Of a stretch of DNA of 64,000 bases, positions 25,201-37,100 are shown piece by piece (position 1 is the stretch's first letter; each line of letters starts with the position of its first letter). The position numbers and the translations under genes were made by a program. Source of the DNA: Schmidtea polychroa (lineage: Eukaryota); contig CM097887.1 in the NCBI GenBank assembly GCA_044892525.1, positions 97,132,397 to 97,196,396 of the forward strand, written 5' to 3'. Below the pieces are notes generated by a model, which saw only the letters and a list, made by a program, of their open reading frames with translations, made no database searches and was not told the DNA's origin.

Positions 25201-28200
25201 TTTGAATCTAGATTTAGTTCGGAATGGATATCAGTTTTTGTGTCAATTCTTTGTAAATTATTTTGAAGAGATTTTTCACTGACATGTGGAGAGTGAGGTA
25301 AGTCTTTTAACTGATTTTGTTGATTATCATGATATAACGAATTTGGTGTTTTGTTGAATAAGGAAAACCTAGAGGTTTCCTTTGTTGGAACATCTGATAA
25401 TGAAGGAGAAAGGAGAAATGTTTCATTTGATAGACCGAATTCAGCTGACAAGGAATCGGTTGTCACTATTGAATTCAATTCATAATCACTTGATAAGATG
25501 GACTGACTGAGGCTATTTGAATTGGAAAATATCCATTCGTTCTCACTTTCAGTCTGTATTATATGCATAAAGTTAATATGAAATTTTATTTTATAGAAAA
25601 AACATAATGTAACTCTATCTATCTATTTATTATAATTTAATTAACATTTCCTGATATTTTATTGCCATTTCGCAATTGTAATGTTCATGTAAGACTTAGA
25701 AATGTAGAATTAAATTTAAGTTTTATATTTCTTAGTCGTAAATTGTCAATAAAGATATCTCACATTTAATCAAAGACTGAAAAATGCCATTACTCTGTAA
25801 ATTTTCGACCATTATTTTTTCTTATGATAGGACTTTAAAAAAACCTTCCTAAAATATGCAAGATTTTCAAATTGAAAATATACAGATAACATATTTTATA
25901 CTAATTCCATAAAATAAAATGTTTTGCATGTAAAAGAAAAGTTAAAATATTTAAAGTCTAATTAATTTAATTTAATTGTAATAAATTTAAAATATTTATT
26001 GATCTTTAAAGTAATTATTAAAGATTAAATTTCTATTATTGAAACTTTAAAATACCTTTTACACTAACGTTTCTCAACCAGGGTCTACATGGCCATTTTA
26101 AAGAAATTAAGTAACCCTCCAAAATTGATATTGAATTACATTGTAATGCTGCGTATTATTTTTTATAACAATAAAATGATAATTTAAGCCTTTTGCTGCA
26201 AATAATGTATTTAATGAAAATATTTTCGACTATAAGATAGTCCTTTGACAAGGACTATCTTATAGTCGAAAAATCTTTTCATTAAATACATTATTTGCAG
26301 CAAAAGGATTAAATTATTATTTTATTGTTTTAAATAATAAATGCTGCTACAAAGAAATCATCATTTTATATTTTTTATAACATTNNNNNNNNNNNNNNNN
26401 NNNNNNNNNNNNNNNNNNNNNNNNNNNNNNNNNNNNNNNNNNNNNNNNNNNNNNNNNNNNNNNNNNNNNNNNNNNNNNNNNNNNNNNNNNNNNNNNNNNN
26501 NNNNNNNNNNNNNNNNNNNNNNNNNNNNNNNNNNNNNNNNNNNNNNNNNNNNNNNNNNNNNNNNNNNNNNNNNNNNNNNNNNNNCTTGGTAGCAGCATTA
26601 ATTAAATTTTAAAACAATAAAATGATAATTTAAGCCTTTTGCTGCGAATAATATATTTATGACGAATGAAAAAAATTTCGATTATATGATATCCCGTTTC
26701 AATAAAATCCCGAAACAATTTTACTGGAAACTCGATTGAGCTCAATAAATTTCTGTCACAACCACATATTATTAAAACAATATAAAAAATACCATTTTTG
26801 AACCAATACATACATGTATATATACATATGTGGAAATAAATATTGGCGTTAAATTATTTAAAAAATAATAAAATCAATACAAAATAAAATCTCTTTTGTA
26901 AAATTTAATTACAAAAAGAATATTTAACTTCAATCGATTAAATTCGATAAAAAATAAATAAATAAAATTATAAGAACTTTTTTCAATTTTCAACACTGAT
27001 TTCTTTGCAATTGCCATTGTATTTATTTAAAAGCTTGACTATGAATCAGTAAAGATATAAAAAAAATACATCGATATATATAGTCAAAAATTTTCTAATA
27101 AATATAATATCAAATAAATAAGAAACATAAAAAGAAAAACATTTGGTAAAGGAACAAAGAATTAAAAAATATTTTATTCGAGATTTTGATTCAGAACGTT
27201 TGGAATATTTTCATCACAATTTATTTTATTAAACTGATTTGATTCAATTGTCTATAAGTTTAAAATATTTAGTTGTCTTTTCCTGATAAATACAACTTAG
27301 CAATGTTCCGTTTTAGCTTAAACGTGAATTCTACCCTTTCAATTCTTTTTTTTATTTCTGCCAGAGGATTGTCAATAACTCCATAATATGTATATACATA
27401 TAAATTCATATATCTGTCAAAAATAGTGGTCGGTGTAAAGCTTTCGTTGAGTTACTGTTTTATCTTGTGTTATCTGGCTATTTTAAAGTCGAAACAACCA
27501 GATAGTTTAATTCCGATTTTTTTTAATAATTAAAGGATTCTGGGCTTCGTTAGTTCAACTCCAACTTCAATATTTAGATCAAATTTTTGTAATGTTTTAC
27601 TTACACAATTAAATTTATCTCAAACATCGAACCNNNNNNNNNNNNNNNNNNNNNNNNNNNNNNNNNNNNNNNNNNNNNNNNNNNNNNNNNNNNNNNNNNN
27701 NNNNNNNNNNNNNNNNNNNNNNNNNNNNNNNNNNNNNNNNNNNNNNNNNNNNNNNNNNNNNNNNNNNNNNNNNNNNNNNNNNNNNNNNNNNNNNNNNNNN
27801 NNNNNNNNNNNNNNNNNNNNNNNNNNNNNATGACTCATTCAAGGTCAAATATATAAACAGCCTGGAGTTCCTGTATGGTATTTCCCACAACCTTCACCTT
27901 TGAAGTAGTAAAATATGATTAAAATTTATTTTTTAGTTATTTTGTTATTTTATATTTTATATTTTGTATTCTGCTGAACAAATTTTTGTGTCGAATGACA
28001 GGGGGAAATGTCCGGGAGGAAATGTTTAGGGTGGAAAAGGTATGGGGGAAATATCCAGTTGAGAAAGGCTGTGGGGGTGTCCATGGGGAAAGACAGGGTG
28101 AAAATGTCCAGGGGAGAAAGGCTGTGGGGGATGTCCAGGGCGGGATTATCCTGTTCCCATTATAACAATGTTTTTTGATGACCGTTACAAAACTGTATAT

Positions 28201-30011
28201 CTTTGCAAAGTCAAACCCTCTTTTCATCTAGATGAATGATGTGATGCTAAGCAATGTAGATCATCATTTTTGCAGTGTCGTTCCACTCTTTTTAGAATGA
28301 AGGTTTATGTGGTAAAATATTGAATTAAAATTTAGCTTGTTTAAATAATATATATTTAAAAATAGATTTGTCAAGTTACGCTTTTCTCTTATTTAATTTA
28401 TTACTCTTTCCAATGTTTATATCATGATTCGATTCAGCAAAATGCGCGTATTCCGAGTGGTAGATATCGAGAACAAACATTTAGAACAAGAACAAATAAA
28501 TTTCATTAAATCAAGTCCATTTCAAGATCGACTTTTCCGAAAATTCGCGAAAACGAGAAAAGCTTTGAACACCTTTTATTACACGCAAAGGTTTGTTAGT
28601 TATGAAAGGGGATATTGTCTTAATCACATTTTTTTACTTTGGAATAGTTTCGTATCCTTTGTTAGTGACAAACAATTTGGGGAAGACAAAAATTGATGCG
28701 AAATGTGATATATTTTATTTGTCAGATATATTTGCAAAATTTAATTAATTAAACAAACAGTTATAGAGGGAAAATTGTAATCTCAAAACGTGTAAAAAGT
28801 CATTTGTGTTTTTATTGGAAAGCTCATTTTTTTTAAATTAATACTGGACGTCGTGAAATATAAAGTACTTTTTCAATGCTCTGGTAGATGGCAAGTTTAT
28901 ATTTAATTTCATTTTCCACATGTTATCTCTTTGAATCTGGATGAAGCCGAGTTATTTATTTCTTCTTAAAAGCTCGTAACTTTCTTGATAACTTTCTTGT
29001 CTATAGAGATGATATTCATTTGTAGCTGACTATATTGCAACCAGACATTAATAAACTTGCTAGTTTGCATTAGGAAAAAAGATTGCAGTAAACCCTTTTG
29101 GTTTATTATACAGTTTGGTTTAAAAAATATTATAGTTCATAAGTAAAATACTTTGTAAGTATAAAGTGATGATTTCTTGGTAGCAGCATTTATTATTTAA
29201 AACCATAAAATGATAATTTAAGCCTTTTGCTGCAAATAATGTATTTAATGAAAATATTTTCGACTATAAGATAGCTCTTGTCAATCTCCTTGACAAGGAC
29301 TATCTTATAGTCGAAAATATTTTCATTAAATACATTATTTGCAGCAAAAGGCTTAAATTATCATTTTATTGTTTTAATATACTTTGTAATTTTAAAATAT
29401 AGGGTGTATTCATTAATAAGTACTTTATATTAATTTTTCTCTCGAGAAACTACACGAAGAGGGGCCACAAAAAAATATTAAATTCAACAAAGGCCCAAAA
29501 AGGTTGAGAAACACTGCTTTATATTATTATCTAATTTATTAATTTAGATCCTATTTTAATTAATTACATATTAATAAATTTATAATTTTCTGAAATATTT
29601 TTAAAAATTAATAAAAATAAAATGAAATGTTTATTTAATTAATAATAAAAATCATTCGAAATTTATTAAATTACATCAAAGTGCAATAACGAATTCTAAT
29701 AGAAAATTCCCAGACAGACATGTGCAATTAATATTTAAATACAAATTCAGACAAAATGTTTTTTTTCTAAGTTGCAATTTTCTCCTAAAATGTAGAATGG
29801 AAATAATATATTGCATTATTCGATTTTAAATAAAATTATCGATTGGATTCACAAAATTAAAAAAAAGTGAACCATAGATTTATACATAAAAATTAATAAA
29901 TTATTAAATATTTAATTAGTAATTAAAACAAAAAATAATAAAAAAATAATTTACCTGTATTTCGAAATTATTGAGAAATGAATCGTAATCTTGATCATCG
30001 CATTCGAGCAT
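8911..30011 (-). CDS. NR4A: Nuclear receptor, NR4A (NGFI-B/Nurr1/HR38) subfamily, divergent; multi-exon gene
   Basis: Phase-consistent exons: 30011-29955 (putative first exon), 25553-~24956 (runs into N gap), 20031-19572, 18150-18015, 12130-11976, 11929-11712, 10143-9905, 9377-8911. DBD: [73 protein letters not shown]4A-diagnostic extension [20 protein letters not shown] motifs FAEKIIGF..L...DQ, LEFITLR, ILDNG, FLSKLL. Confidence 0.92.
12493..12574. repeat. (TA)n microsatellite
   Basis: Direct reading. Confidence 0.97.
12813..13003. mobile_element. TTAA-flanked MITE (piggyBac-like), copy 1
   Basis: TTAA|CACTAGAACTA ... TAGTTCTACTG|TTAA; near-identical copy at 37734-37950. Confidence 0.7.
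13201..13266. repeat. (AAT)n microsatellite, inside the putative gypsy 5' LTR
   Basis: Direct reading. Confidence 0.97.
13408..16941 (+). pseudogene. gag-pol polyprotein of the gypsy element, disrupted
   Basis: ORFs 13360-13626, 13571-15706, 15916-16581 and 16612-16941 link up through single-base indels (e.g. [15 protein letters not shown] at ~15692) and one in-frame stop. Confidence 0.9.
17040..17560 (-). mobile_element. Highly degenerate L1/Tx1-like LINE ORF2 fragment
   Basis: Broken frames include [14 protein letters not shown] and [13 protein letters not shown], resembling the GEKxTK(F/Y)F motif between EN and RT in L1/Tx1 elements; many stops. Confidence 0.3.
17643..17798. mobile_element. 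hAT (Buster/Charlie-type) MITE
   Basis: CAGGGATGAGC ... GCCCACCCCTG termini; identical 8-bp TSD CTCTATTC (nnnTAnnn). Confidence 0.85.
18965..19363 (+). repeat. Dispersed repeat, possibly the 3' end of a decayed Tx1/L1-like LINE; second copy inverted at 43216-43570
   Basis: About 75% identity by eye between the two copies; residual peptide similarity ([17 protein letters not shown] vs RQIRMQLYKVIGRSPEK). Confidence 0.5.
19572..20031 (-). CDS. NR4A: NR4A-like exon: end of the A/B region plus first zinc finger (P-box CEGCKG)
   Basis: ORF 19554-20066; GT donor immediately after GFFK; tttcag acceptor. Confidence 0.9.
20113..20896. mobile_element. Composite hAT-like non-autonomous element
   Basis: TIR CAGTGGCGTAGCTA / TAGCTACACCACTG; identical 8-bp TSD AATATTTA; extra hAT-like left ends inside at 20237 (CAGGGTTTCCCAAAC) and 20327 (CAGTGGCGTAGG). 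Confidence 0.8.
22554..23117 (+). mobile_element. Internally deleted piggyBac derivative keeping the transposase C-terminal Cys-rich domain
   Basis: TTAA|CCCCTTGCGGTCC ... GGATCGCAAAGGG|TTAA; ORF 22732-22962 has [40 protein letters not shown], typical of PGBD-type transposase C-termini. Confidence 0.88.
24956..25553 (-). CDS. Long Ser/Asn-rich exon, probable N-terminal A/B region of the NR4A-like gene (3' end in assembly gap)
   Basis: Open frame of ~200 codons in very AT-rich DNA, same strand and upstream of the DBD exon; a phase-0 CAG acceptor matches the donor at 29955. Confidence 0.65.
26167..26363. repeat. Foldback (hairpin) element family A, copy 1
   Basis: ~80-bp near-perfect inverted arms centred on GATAGTCCTTTGACAAGGACTATC; partial copy at 26585-26700, full copy at 29167-29376. 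Confidence 0.85.
27990..28158 (+). repeat. G-rich imperfect repeat (GGGGAAA.GTCC / AAAGGCTGTGGGGG units), probable transposon subterminal repeat
   Basis: Many GGGG/GGGGG tracts on one strand in an otherwise very AT-rich region. Confidence 0.6.
29167..29376. repeat. Foldback (hairpin) element family A, copy 2
   Basis: ~85-bp arms with loop TCTCC; shares the arm sequence and the GATTTCTTGGTAGCAGCAT tail with copy 1. Confidence 0.85.
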
Positions 30012-31143
30012 GTTTTAACTATGAATTTATGACAATTTGTAAATCCTTTCACAAATTCATTGAATTCTTGTAAGATGATAAAATAGGTGATTTGTGTTTG
30101 AATGGATGATGCAAAATTGTTTGTAAGTACAAGTATTTAAAAAAAATGATTTGATTGATTTAATCGGGATTTTTCTGCAAGTAAGTGCTTATTGGATGCC
30201 GTTTTTTCACCTCACATGACTGATTTGCACACTGGAAAATTATTGAAAATATCTGAAATTTTCTATTGAAAATTATCTAACAAAAATCATTAAAAGAATA
30301 AATTCAAGTGTAAAATCCGAAAATTAAGTAAAAAATAAAATTCAGTTTTTTTTTGACATGTGATTTTATTTTAATTTTTTTAAAAGAGTTTTGATTGAAG
30401 ATGAGTTGATAAAAAAAATATAATTAATAAAACAAAAAAATATCAAATATTCAAAATCTCTTTTTAATGTTTTTTTCTTCTTTTCATTATTTCTTGAGTC
30501 TAAAAATAATAATTATTATAATAATTTTTTCCTTGTGAATTGAATATTAGCACGTAGATAATTTGTTTGAATTAACTGTATTGTGTAATATCATAGTTTT
30601 AATTATTTAATGGAGACAGAGGGATTTTTATTTGAGATGATTTCTAGGATAGAGATTATTTTCTAATTAAAAATTTTGATTTTTTTTGTATTAAATAAAA
30701 GTCATAACAATGGTTACCATAATTTGAATACTTAGCACTACGTTTATTTCACTGTTTAATTTGCAACAATCTCAACCCTCATCAAACATTCAAACCACTA
30801 AACCAGGGCTGGGGAAAGTGGACCTTTTAAATATTTCTAAATATTTTTTTTCTTATATTAAAAGGACTTTAAAAAGTTCACTTTATCTTAAATAAGTTTT
30901 AAATGTAAATAAATGTGATAAAAACATTATAGTGGATGAATTCACCGAAAAAAACAGTTTATGTAAATTGTAAATTTATGACAAATATATCATTATTATG
31001 TTTTAATAATTAAAAATTTATTTAATAAATTTTTATTTTAGAGAAAACATTATTCATTATTATTTGAATTCTACTCCGCAATGTCGAAAAATATTAAACG
31101 ATAAGTGAAGGATGAAAACATAGTTTTTAAGGATGAATGATAA

Positions 31144-31950
31144 TTGCAGTGTTTCCTCATCAAAAGTATTGATAATATGTATTGTTTGTTCTATCGGGTA
31201 TCAACCGTAATTGTGAAAAACTATGATGCCTCACTGTATTCCAAAACACATATTCATTACAAACATGTTAAACTCGAAGAAGAAACAGAAAGCCTCGTTA
31301 AAGGAGAAAACAGTTTCCAAAGAATGGTAGTAAAACTAGTATTTTATAAAGATTTGAGTTTTTTGAAGCAAGTTATATAGTATAATATATACTTAGCAAA
31401 CATAGAAAACCCTACAGTGATTTAGAAAATTTAAAGGTTTTCGGAATACTAACGGTTCGTGTACATCAACAGAATTTATGTTCAAAGTATACAATCATAA
31501 ATAACACTTTGCAGGGAGGAATTAATATATTTTTTTTATATTTGAGGTAACACTGCAAGTCACAGGCCATCATTGCGAGATTTGCCATCATATTATGATA
31601 CAATTCTCAATCTTCACCTGCCATATCATACAAAGATTCGTTGGTTATTTCAAGGACAAATTTAAGAAAAGATCATTCTATTAAGAACTCAAATAATTAG
31701 CATTTGTAATAATAGACAACTTGTTTGTGATTTAGAAAATGCAGAATTTGTAAGGCACGTTTTTAGTGATATAATGCTGAAGCAAACTTTCCTCAACCTT
31801 GAATTACAAAGTGAATCCAAATCAGTGTATCAAAAGTTTCAGAAAACTGTCAGAAAAAACCTCGAATTTTTCAAAGTTGGTTTGAATCAAGAAATGTTCA
31901 ATGAAGAACATTGTCTTTTCTTATCTGGCATAATTAGTAATGAACATTAA
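31144..31950 (+). pseudogene. Degenerate hAT (Buster/SPIN-like) transposase remnant
   Basis: LPYHTKIRWLFQG matches the Buster/SPIN xPYHTEVRWLSRG motif, followed by DI...LNLELQS; a BED-like relic lies upstream; hAT-like end CAGGGCTGGGGAAA at ~30806 after CACTAAAC. Confidence 0.6.
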
Positions 31951-32475
31951 TCAAAAGAAGCCCTAATTATCTATATATCAGTATACATACTCTAATTGAG
32001 ACATATAATGAAATATTCCAAGACTCTAAATCAATGGATTAAGTCATGACGTTACGTCAACTTGTTGAAATTTCAAAGATTCCAAATTATCTACTAATGG
32101 ATTTAATAGAGCTCTCAAACGATGATATTATAATTTCTTTTTTTAATTTGAAAAGAGATTCTATGAATATTTCGGAAAATGCAGTATAGTATCCTAATCT
32201 TCGTGAACAAGAACACAAAATGCTCTTATGTTTTGATTCTACTTATTTCTCTATATTTGCATTTTCTTTTTTAACACAGATTAAAACTTCTTTAAGATTG
32301 CAAATAACATATATACATTTGGAACCTCAATTAAATTAGACATTTCTACAATTTGGAGTTTTGACTTTTAAATTTTCACCACCTCTGCACTACACCATAA
32401 TCATCACAAGTGACACTGGCATTGTGCGGTCTCCGCGGGAATTCGAAAATAATGTTGATTACCCCCGTGGACGTG

Positions 32476-32476
32476 A

Positions 32477-32557
<81 letters not shown>
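32476..32557. repeat. (ATT)n microsatellite
   Basis: Direct reading. Confidence 0.97.
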
Positions 32558-32559
<2 letters not shown>

Positions 32560-33205
32560 ATGAAAATAAGACAGTCCGAAAATTCGTGAGTATCAAAAAA
32601 ACATCGATATATTACTGATTTATAGTCTTCAAACTCTCCTTTTAATAAATTCAATGCAAAAAATAATCAGTGGNNNNNNNNNNNNNNNNNNNNNNNNNNN
32701 NNNNNNNNNNNNNNNNNNNNNNNNNNNNNNNNNNNNNNNNNNNNNNNNNNNNNNNNNNNNNNNNNNNNNNNNNNNNNNNNNNNNNNNNNNNNNNNNNNNN
32801 NNNNNNNNNNNNNNNNNNNNNNNNNNNNNNNNNNNNNNNNNNNNNNNNNNNNNNNNNNNNNNNNNNNNNNNNNNNNNNNNNNNNNNNNNNNNNNNNNNNN
32901 NNNNNNNNNNNNNNNNNNNNNNNNNNNTAATGCTCATTTATTGAATGTTAGCGAAAATGTGATTGACCGATTCAGTATGAATGCAAAATCAACCTGACCA
33001 TATCTCAAATATCAAATAAGTGCATCAGCAAACATAAATATTTATCACAATTGTTTATTTTCATTAAACGTGCTTAACACAAATGAGTGATATTTTATGG
33101 TGAGAATAATTTAATTGGGAATAAATCATTTATTTAAAACAAATATTAAAAATAATTTCATGTGTAAAAATAGTGAATCATCGATTTCTAATAAATATTT
33201 TCTAA

Positions 33206-34131
33206 TCATTTTGTTATATTAATCTTGTAAGCTTTTGTCCAAATATCTGTTAGGCAAATAGAGGAATGGAATCTAAAAAATATTATCAATGGTAAGAGGG
33301 TGTGAGTTATAATGCTCCATGGGGTTTTCTGGTAATATTTAGTAAATATCAAATGTTCATCCGCCCGTTTGGCCTCAAAGATGCTCACAGTCCATAGTGC
33401 CAGATTGGTAACAATTAAAAATGTTACAAGAGATCTTCCAGGCTTGACTCTCACATCGTGGAAACTCTGAGCACATTTTCGTGAACTTTCCAAAACAAAC
33501 AAAACCTGCAATAATGACTGAATAATTTCTGTCATTGATTTGCACAAGAACAAAATGATCGGTAACGAATATTTACTTTTGTCCAATTTATTTGATGAAT
33601 CAATTGTGGAAATAAATAAAAACAAATTGTACGCAAAAACTCCAGCAAGTCCAACTAACAGCAGGTTATCATCCAAAGCCTCTTCTTCTGATAGTTGACA
33701 AAAACGAAGTACTCTCATTTTAATGAAAGCGCAAACCAGAGCAATTGAACTCGAAACCAGAAGAATTATTTCTGATACTTGGTAAACCATAACTGCCAAA
33801 GTTTGTGTTTTGTCATTTTTTTTAAATAAAAGAAAAATAGCCAGTCCAACAAGCGTAACCATAAAAAATAGTAGGCCTACAAAGAGACCTTTGTGTGACC
33901 TATGACATTCAGAATATTTGATATTTTTTACCACGACTTGAGTTTGTAATTTATCGGTAGAATGCTTTTCATCGTGTTCATTACCAACCCTTTGAAGCAT
34001 TTTGTAAAAAATAGCTGCACTAATCAAACTATACTCGATAGCACAGGGAAACAGATACGGTGATACTGAATAGGACAATTGGTCTGTGCAAGTTTTGTTT
34101 TCATGAAGTATGGTAGTATTTCCATGAATAT
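33206..34131 (-). CDS. OTOP: Otopetrin last exon (C-terminal membrane domain)
   Basis: Part of ORF 33206-34273, starting after the acceptor ttctag at 34132-34133. Confidence 0.92.
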
Positions 34132-37100
34132 CTAGAAGACGAAAATTTAATGAAAAATTTGTTAACAATATTATAAAAATTTTTAAAAATGTTATTACCG
34201 AAAAAATATCACAGATATTCAAAACATTAAATAATTTTTTTACAAAATAAAAAGTTTGAAACACAACTGTCATTTATGCAATTATTTTTCAAATAATAAA
34301 TGTTTTAAATCCTATTTAACTAATAAAAATAACGAAAGGAAAATAAATTTTTAAATAAATATAAAATTAAAATTATGTTTTTACTCATTCAAACTTCTTC
34401 AGATAATTGTAATCGATTTGAATCTGATTTCTTACATGGCACATATGAAAGCGAAATAAGCTCAGAACTAATCTCCCATTAGAAATTATAGTGAATATTA
34501 CAACGAAATCAATATTAAATTAAACTCAAAAATATGAATTAATATGAATATGAAGTAAATATTTTTGCCGTTTGTTTAACCCTTTCCAGCCCAAATTTTT
34601 TCAAAACAAAAAAAAAATATATGCAGTAAGTAGGTACCAAAACTACTTATTTTATCATAAAAATATTTTACTTCATTTTTTTTGTTGCCCCCTGTGTCAA
34701 CTGTTAAAAACATATCTTACTATAGTTCTCACTAGTTACTGCCAACCGTTTTGGTAGTAGAGAGAAAAAAACTGAGTTTTTAACTAATGATTCCATTTGG
34801 AATCACTGGGCTGGAAAGGGTTAATTTTGAATTTTGTATTAAATAAATTTTTTTTAATAATAATTGTAAAGTGAATAACTGTAGGTTTACGGAATACAAA
34901 CGTGTTTAGTAATATAATATTATTGTATATTCTAAACACAGAAAATGTACAGTAAGGATCAATTAACATGCGTTGAGGCACAAATCTTTAACTTTTTATG
35001 GTTTCTTGTGTGGATTTTAGCCTTATTAAAACCAAAATAATTTCCTAAAAATCATGGTCTCAAAACGATTCTATTTTAACATGTTGACGACCATTTAAGC
35101 TATTGTCCCACAAAACAAAAATGAAAATATTCGCATTTTTGTCAAAGTGTTAAACAATATGGTTACAGGGGTTCAGATTTATGTTTATTGGCGATGGTGG
35201 CCGTCTACTATCTGTCTCCGTCGTCTATAAAATGTCAAACACTATGATTTTCAAAATCAATCTTAATTAATTTTATTTTAAAGTTTTACCTATGTAGCAG
35301 CAAGTAGAATTTCTGAAATAAATATAGGAATCATTTCTCCATATTTGTTAGTTTTTTAATTTCTATGCATAGAAGGACGATTTATAATTGTATAATGTTG
35401 GAAAAGTTGGTTTTTTGGTTTTTTGAACTGTGTCTCTCTGAGTTAAACTGAAGTATTGATAAAGACCTCGAAAGAAGAATGAAATGAAATTTCAAGACAA
35501 CATATTATAAAATATATTTTTTAAGATCAAACCGATTTTTCTTAAGTTAAAATATCGTATGCACGAGTAAATCTTGCCTCTATCATGTATGAATTAGGAA
35601 AGCCCTATAATAATGGTTCAACAGTTTCTTACATGCATGGATTGTTTTGATAAAATTCTACATATATATAAAATCCTCTAAATTTTTTCTGTGATTGCAA
35701 ATATGTTCGAGAATTATTTCTTGTATATCGAATTCATTTTTCGAAATTTTTGGCTGCTAGTGGTCTTTAATTTGATTATATTTATTGTATTAACAAACAG
35801 TTCTGCGTGACTATTGGTTCAATAGTTGTAGTGTGTTCGGGATTAAGATTTAATTTTTTTAGTTAAATACAGATTTGGACTCTAAAAGGTTAATATAGTT
35901 TTGTAAAACTAAAAACATGATAACCTCCGGTTTTATAGTGGGTAGTTGTGTAACGTTTACTATCTTTTTATAAGATGTTTATGTGAATTTTAAATTTAAT
36001 TTTCCACTCTTTTTTGTGAATAATTTTAATAATGTTAATATAATAATAATCTAAACCAGGGGTGGGCAAATATTTTTAAGCGCAGGCCAAAATGATATTT
36101 TCAAAATGTCTCCCGGGCCGGAGAACTATACCGCGTACGCACATGCGAATGTTTTGGGTGGAGTTTTTTTCCTGCCCAATAAATTGTCTTAATTGGGTGT
36201 ACATACGAGACTCAAGCGTTAGACGTGCGAGGTTGGTGTGCACAACCAATTATAGATGCGTCACTAACGTATCATAATGTATTTCTGATGTAGTTACTTT
36301 AATGAAATTATGTTTAATTTATGTTTAACAATTACGGCTGTTCGTAATTATAATACTGTCTATTATTTATATTTTTCATTATTTATCTGTACACTATGCA
36401 CACTAATATTGTTGATTTCTCCAAAATCGCATCAAAGAGATTTAAAAAATTCCATGCGGGATTTTCAACGGGCCGGCTTTTGCCGACCCCTGATCTAAAC
36501 TATGAAACTGTGTATATGTTTGTGGGTGTGTTTGCAATTAAAATTCAAAGTGAGTGATTAGCACTGAAATGTTTAGTTAGTGTTTATTTTTCTATTTTTC
36601 TAGTTTTTTTTGTTAAAAATTAAAATGGAGGAAGATGGTGATTTAAATATATTTCATTATTTTAACTATAAAACCCATATGTTTGTGAGTGAGTGGGTAT
36701 GTTTGCCACATTTACCTGTTTGCACAACCCAAACCGCTACAACTAGAACGTGATGCCAAAGCCGCAAACTAAGACATTTTTTCATAAATCTATACCTATA
36801 AAAAGGTAAATCATTCATTTATTCATTCATCTATCACGATATTTCCTAAACCGTGTAGCACGTCTCTACCATGGTGTGAGGTCATTCTGGTTGCTGTTCT
36901 CAACTGTGTGGTTTTCAACTTTCTCGTTAATAATAGTATAAATAATGGTAGTAATAAAATTATAAATAATCAGTATTATATAGAAAATTGTTATCTTATT
37001 ATTGAGATAAAAGAAAAAAATTTTAAAACGAAGAATTAACAGCAGTCTTCAGCAGTTCATATCATTGAATTTAACAGAGTTCATTTTATCCTAATTAACC

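Noticed and set aside
28424-28696. 90-aa plus-strand ORF
   Set aside because: No motif, splice context or codon signal to support it.
26089-29517. GTTTCTCAACC and GGTTGAGAAACACTG as the two ends of one 3.4-kb hAT element
   Set aside because: The left end is incomplete, the flanks show no matching 8-bp TSD, and the interval spans gaps.
32046-32060. CRE-like TGACGTTACGTCA ~2 kb upstream of the putative NR4A start
   Set aside because: Fits the immediate-early biology of NR4A, but imperfect, short and close to a hAT relic; chance cannot be excluded.
35289-35311. 23-nt candidate otopetrin mini-exon (NSTCCYI)
   Set aside because: Not needed: exon 40116-39978 joins 34131 in phase, and including 23 nt would shift the frame.
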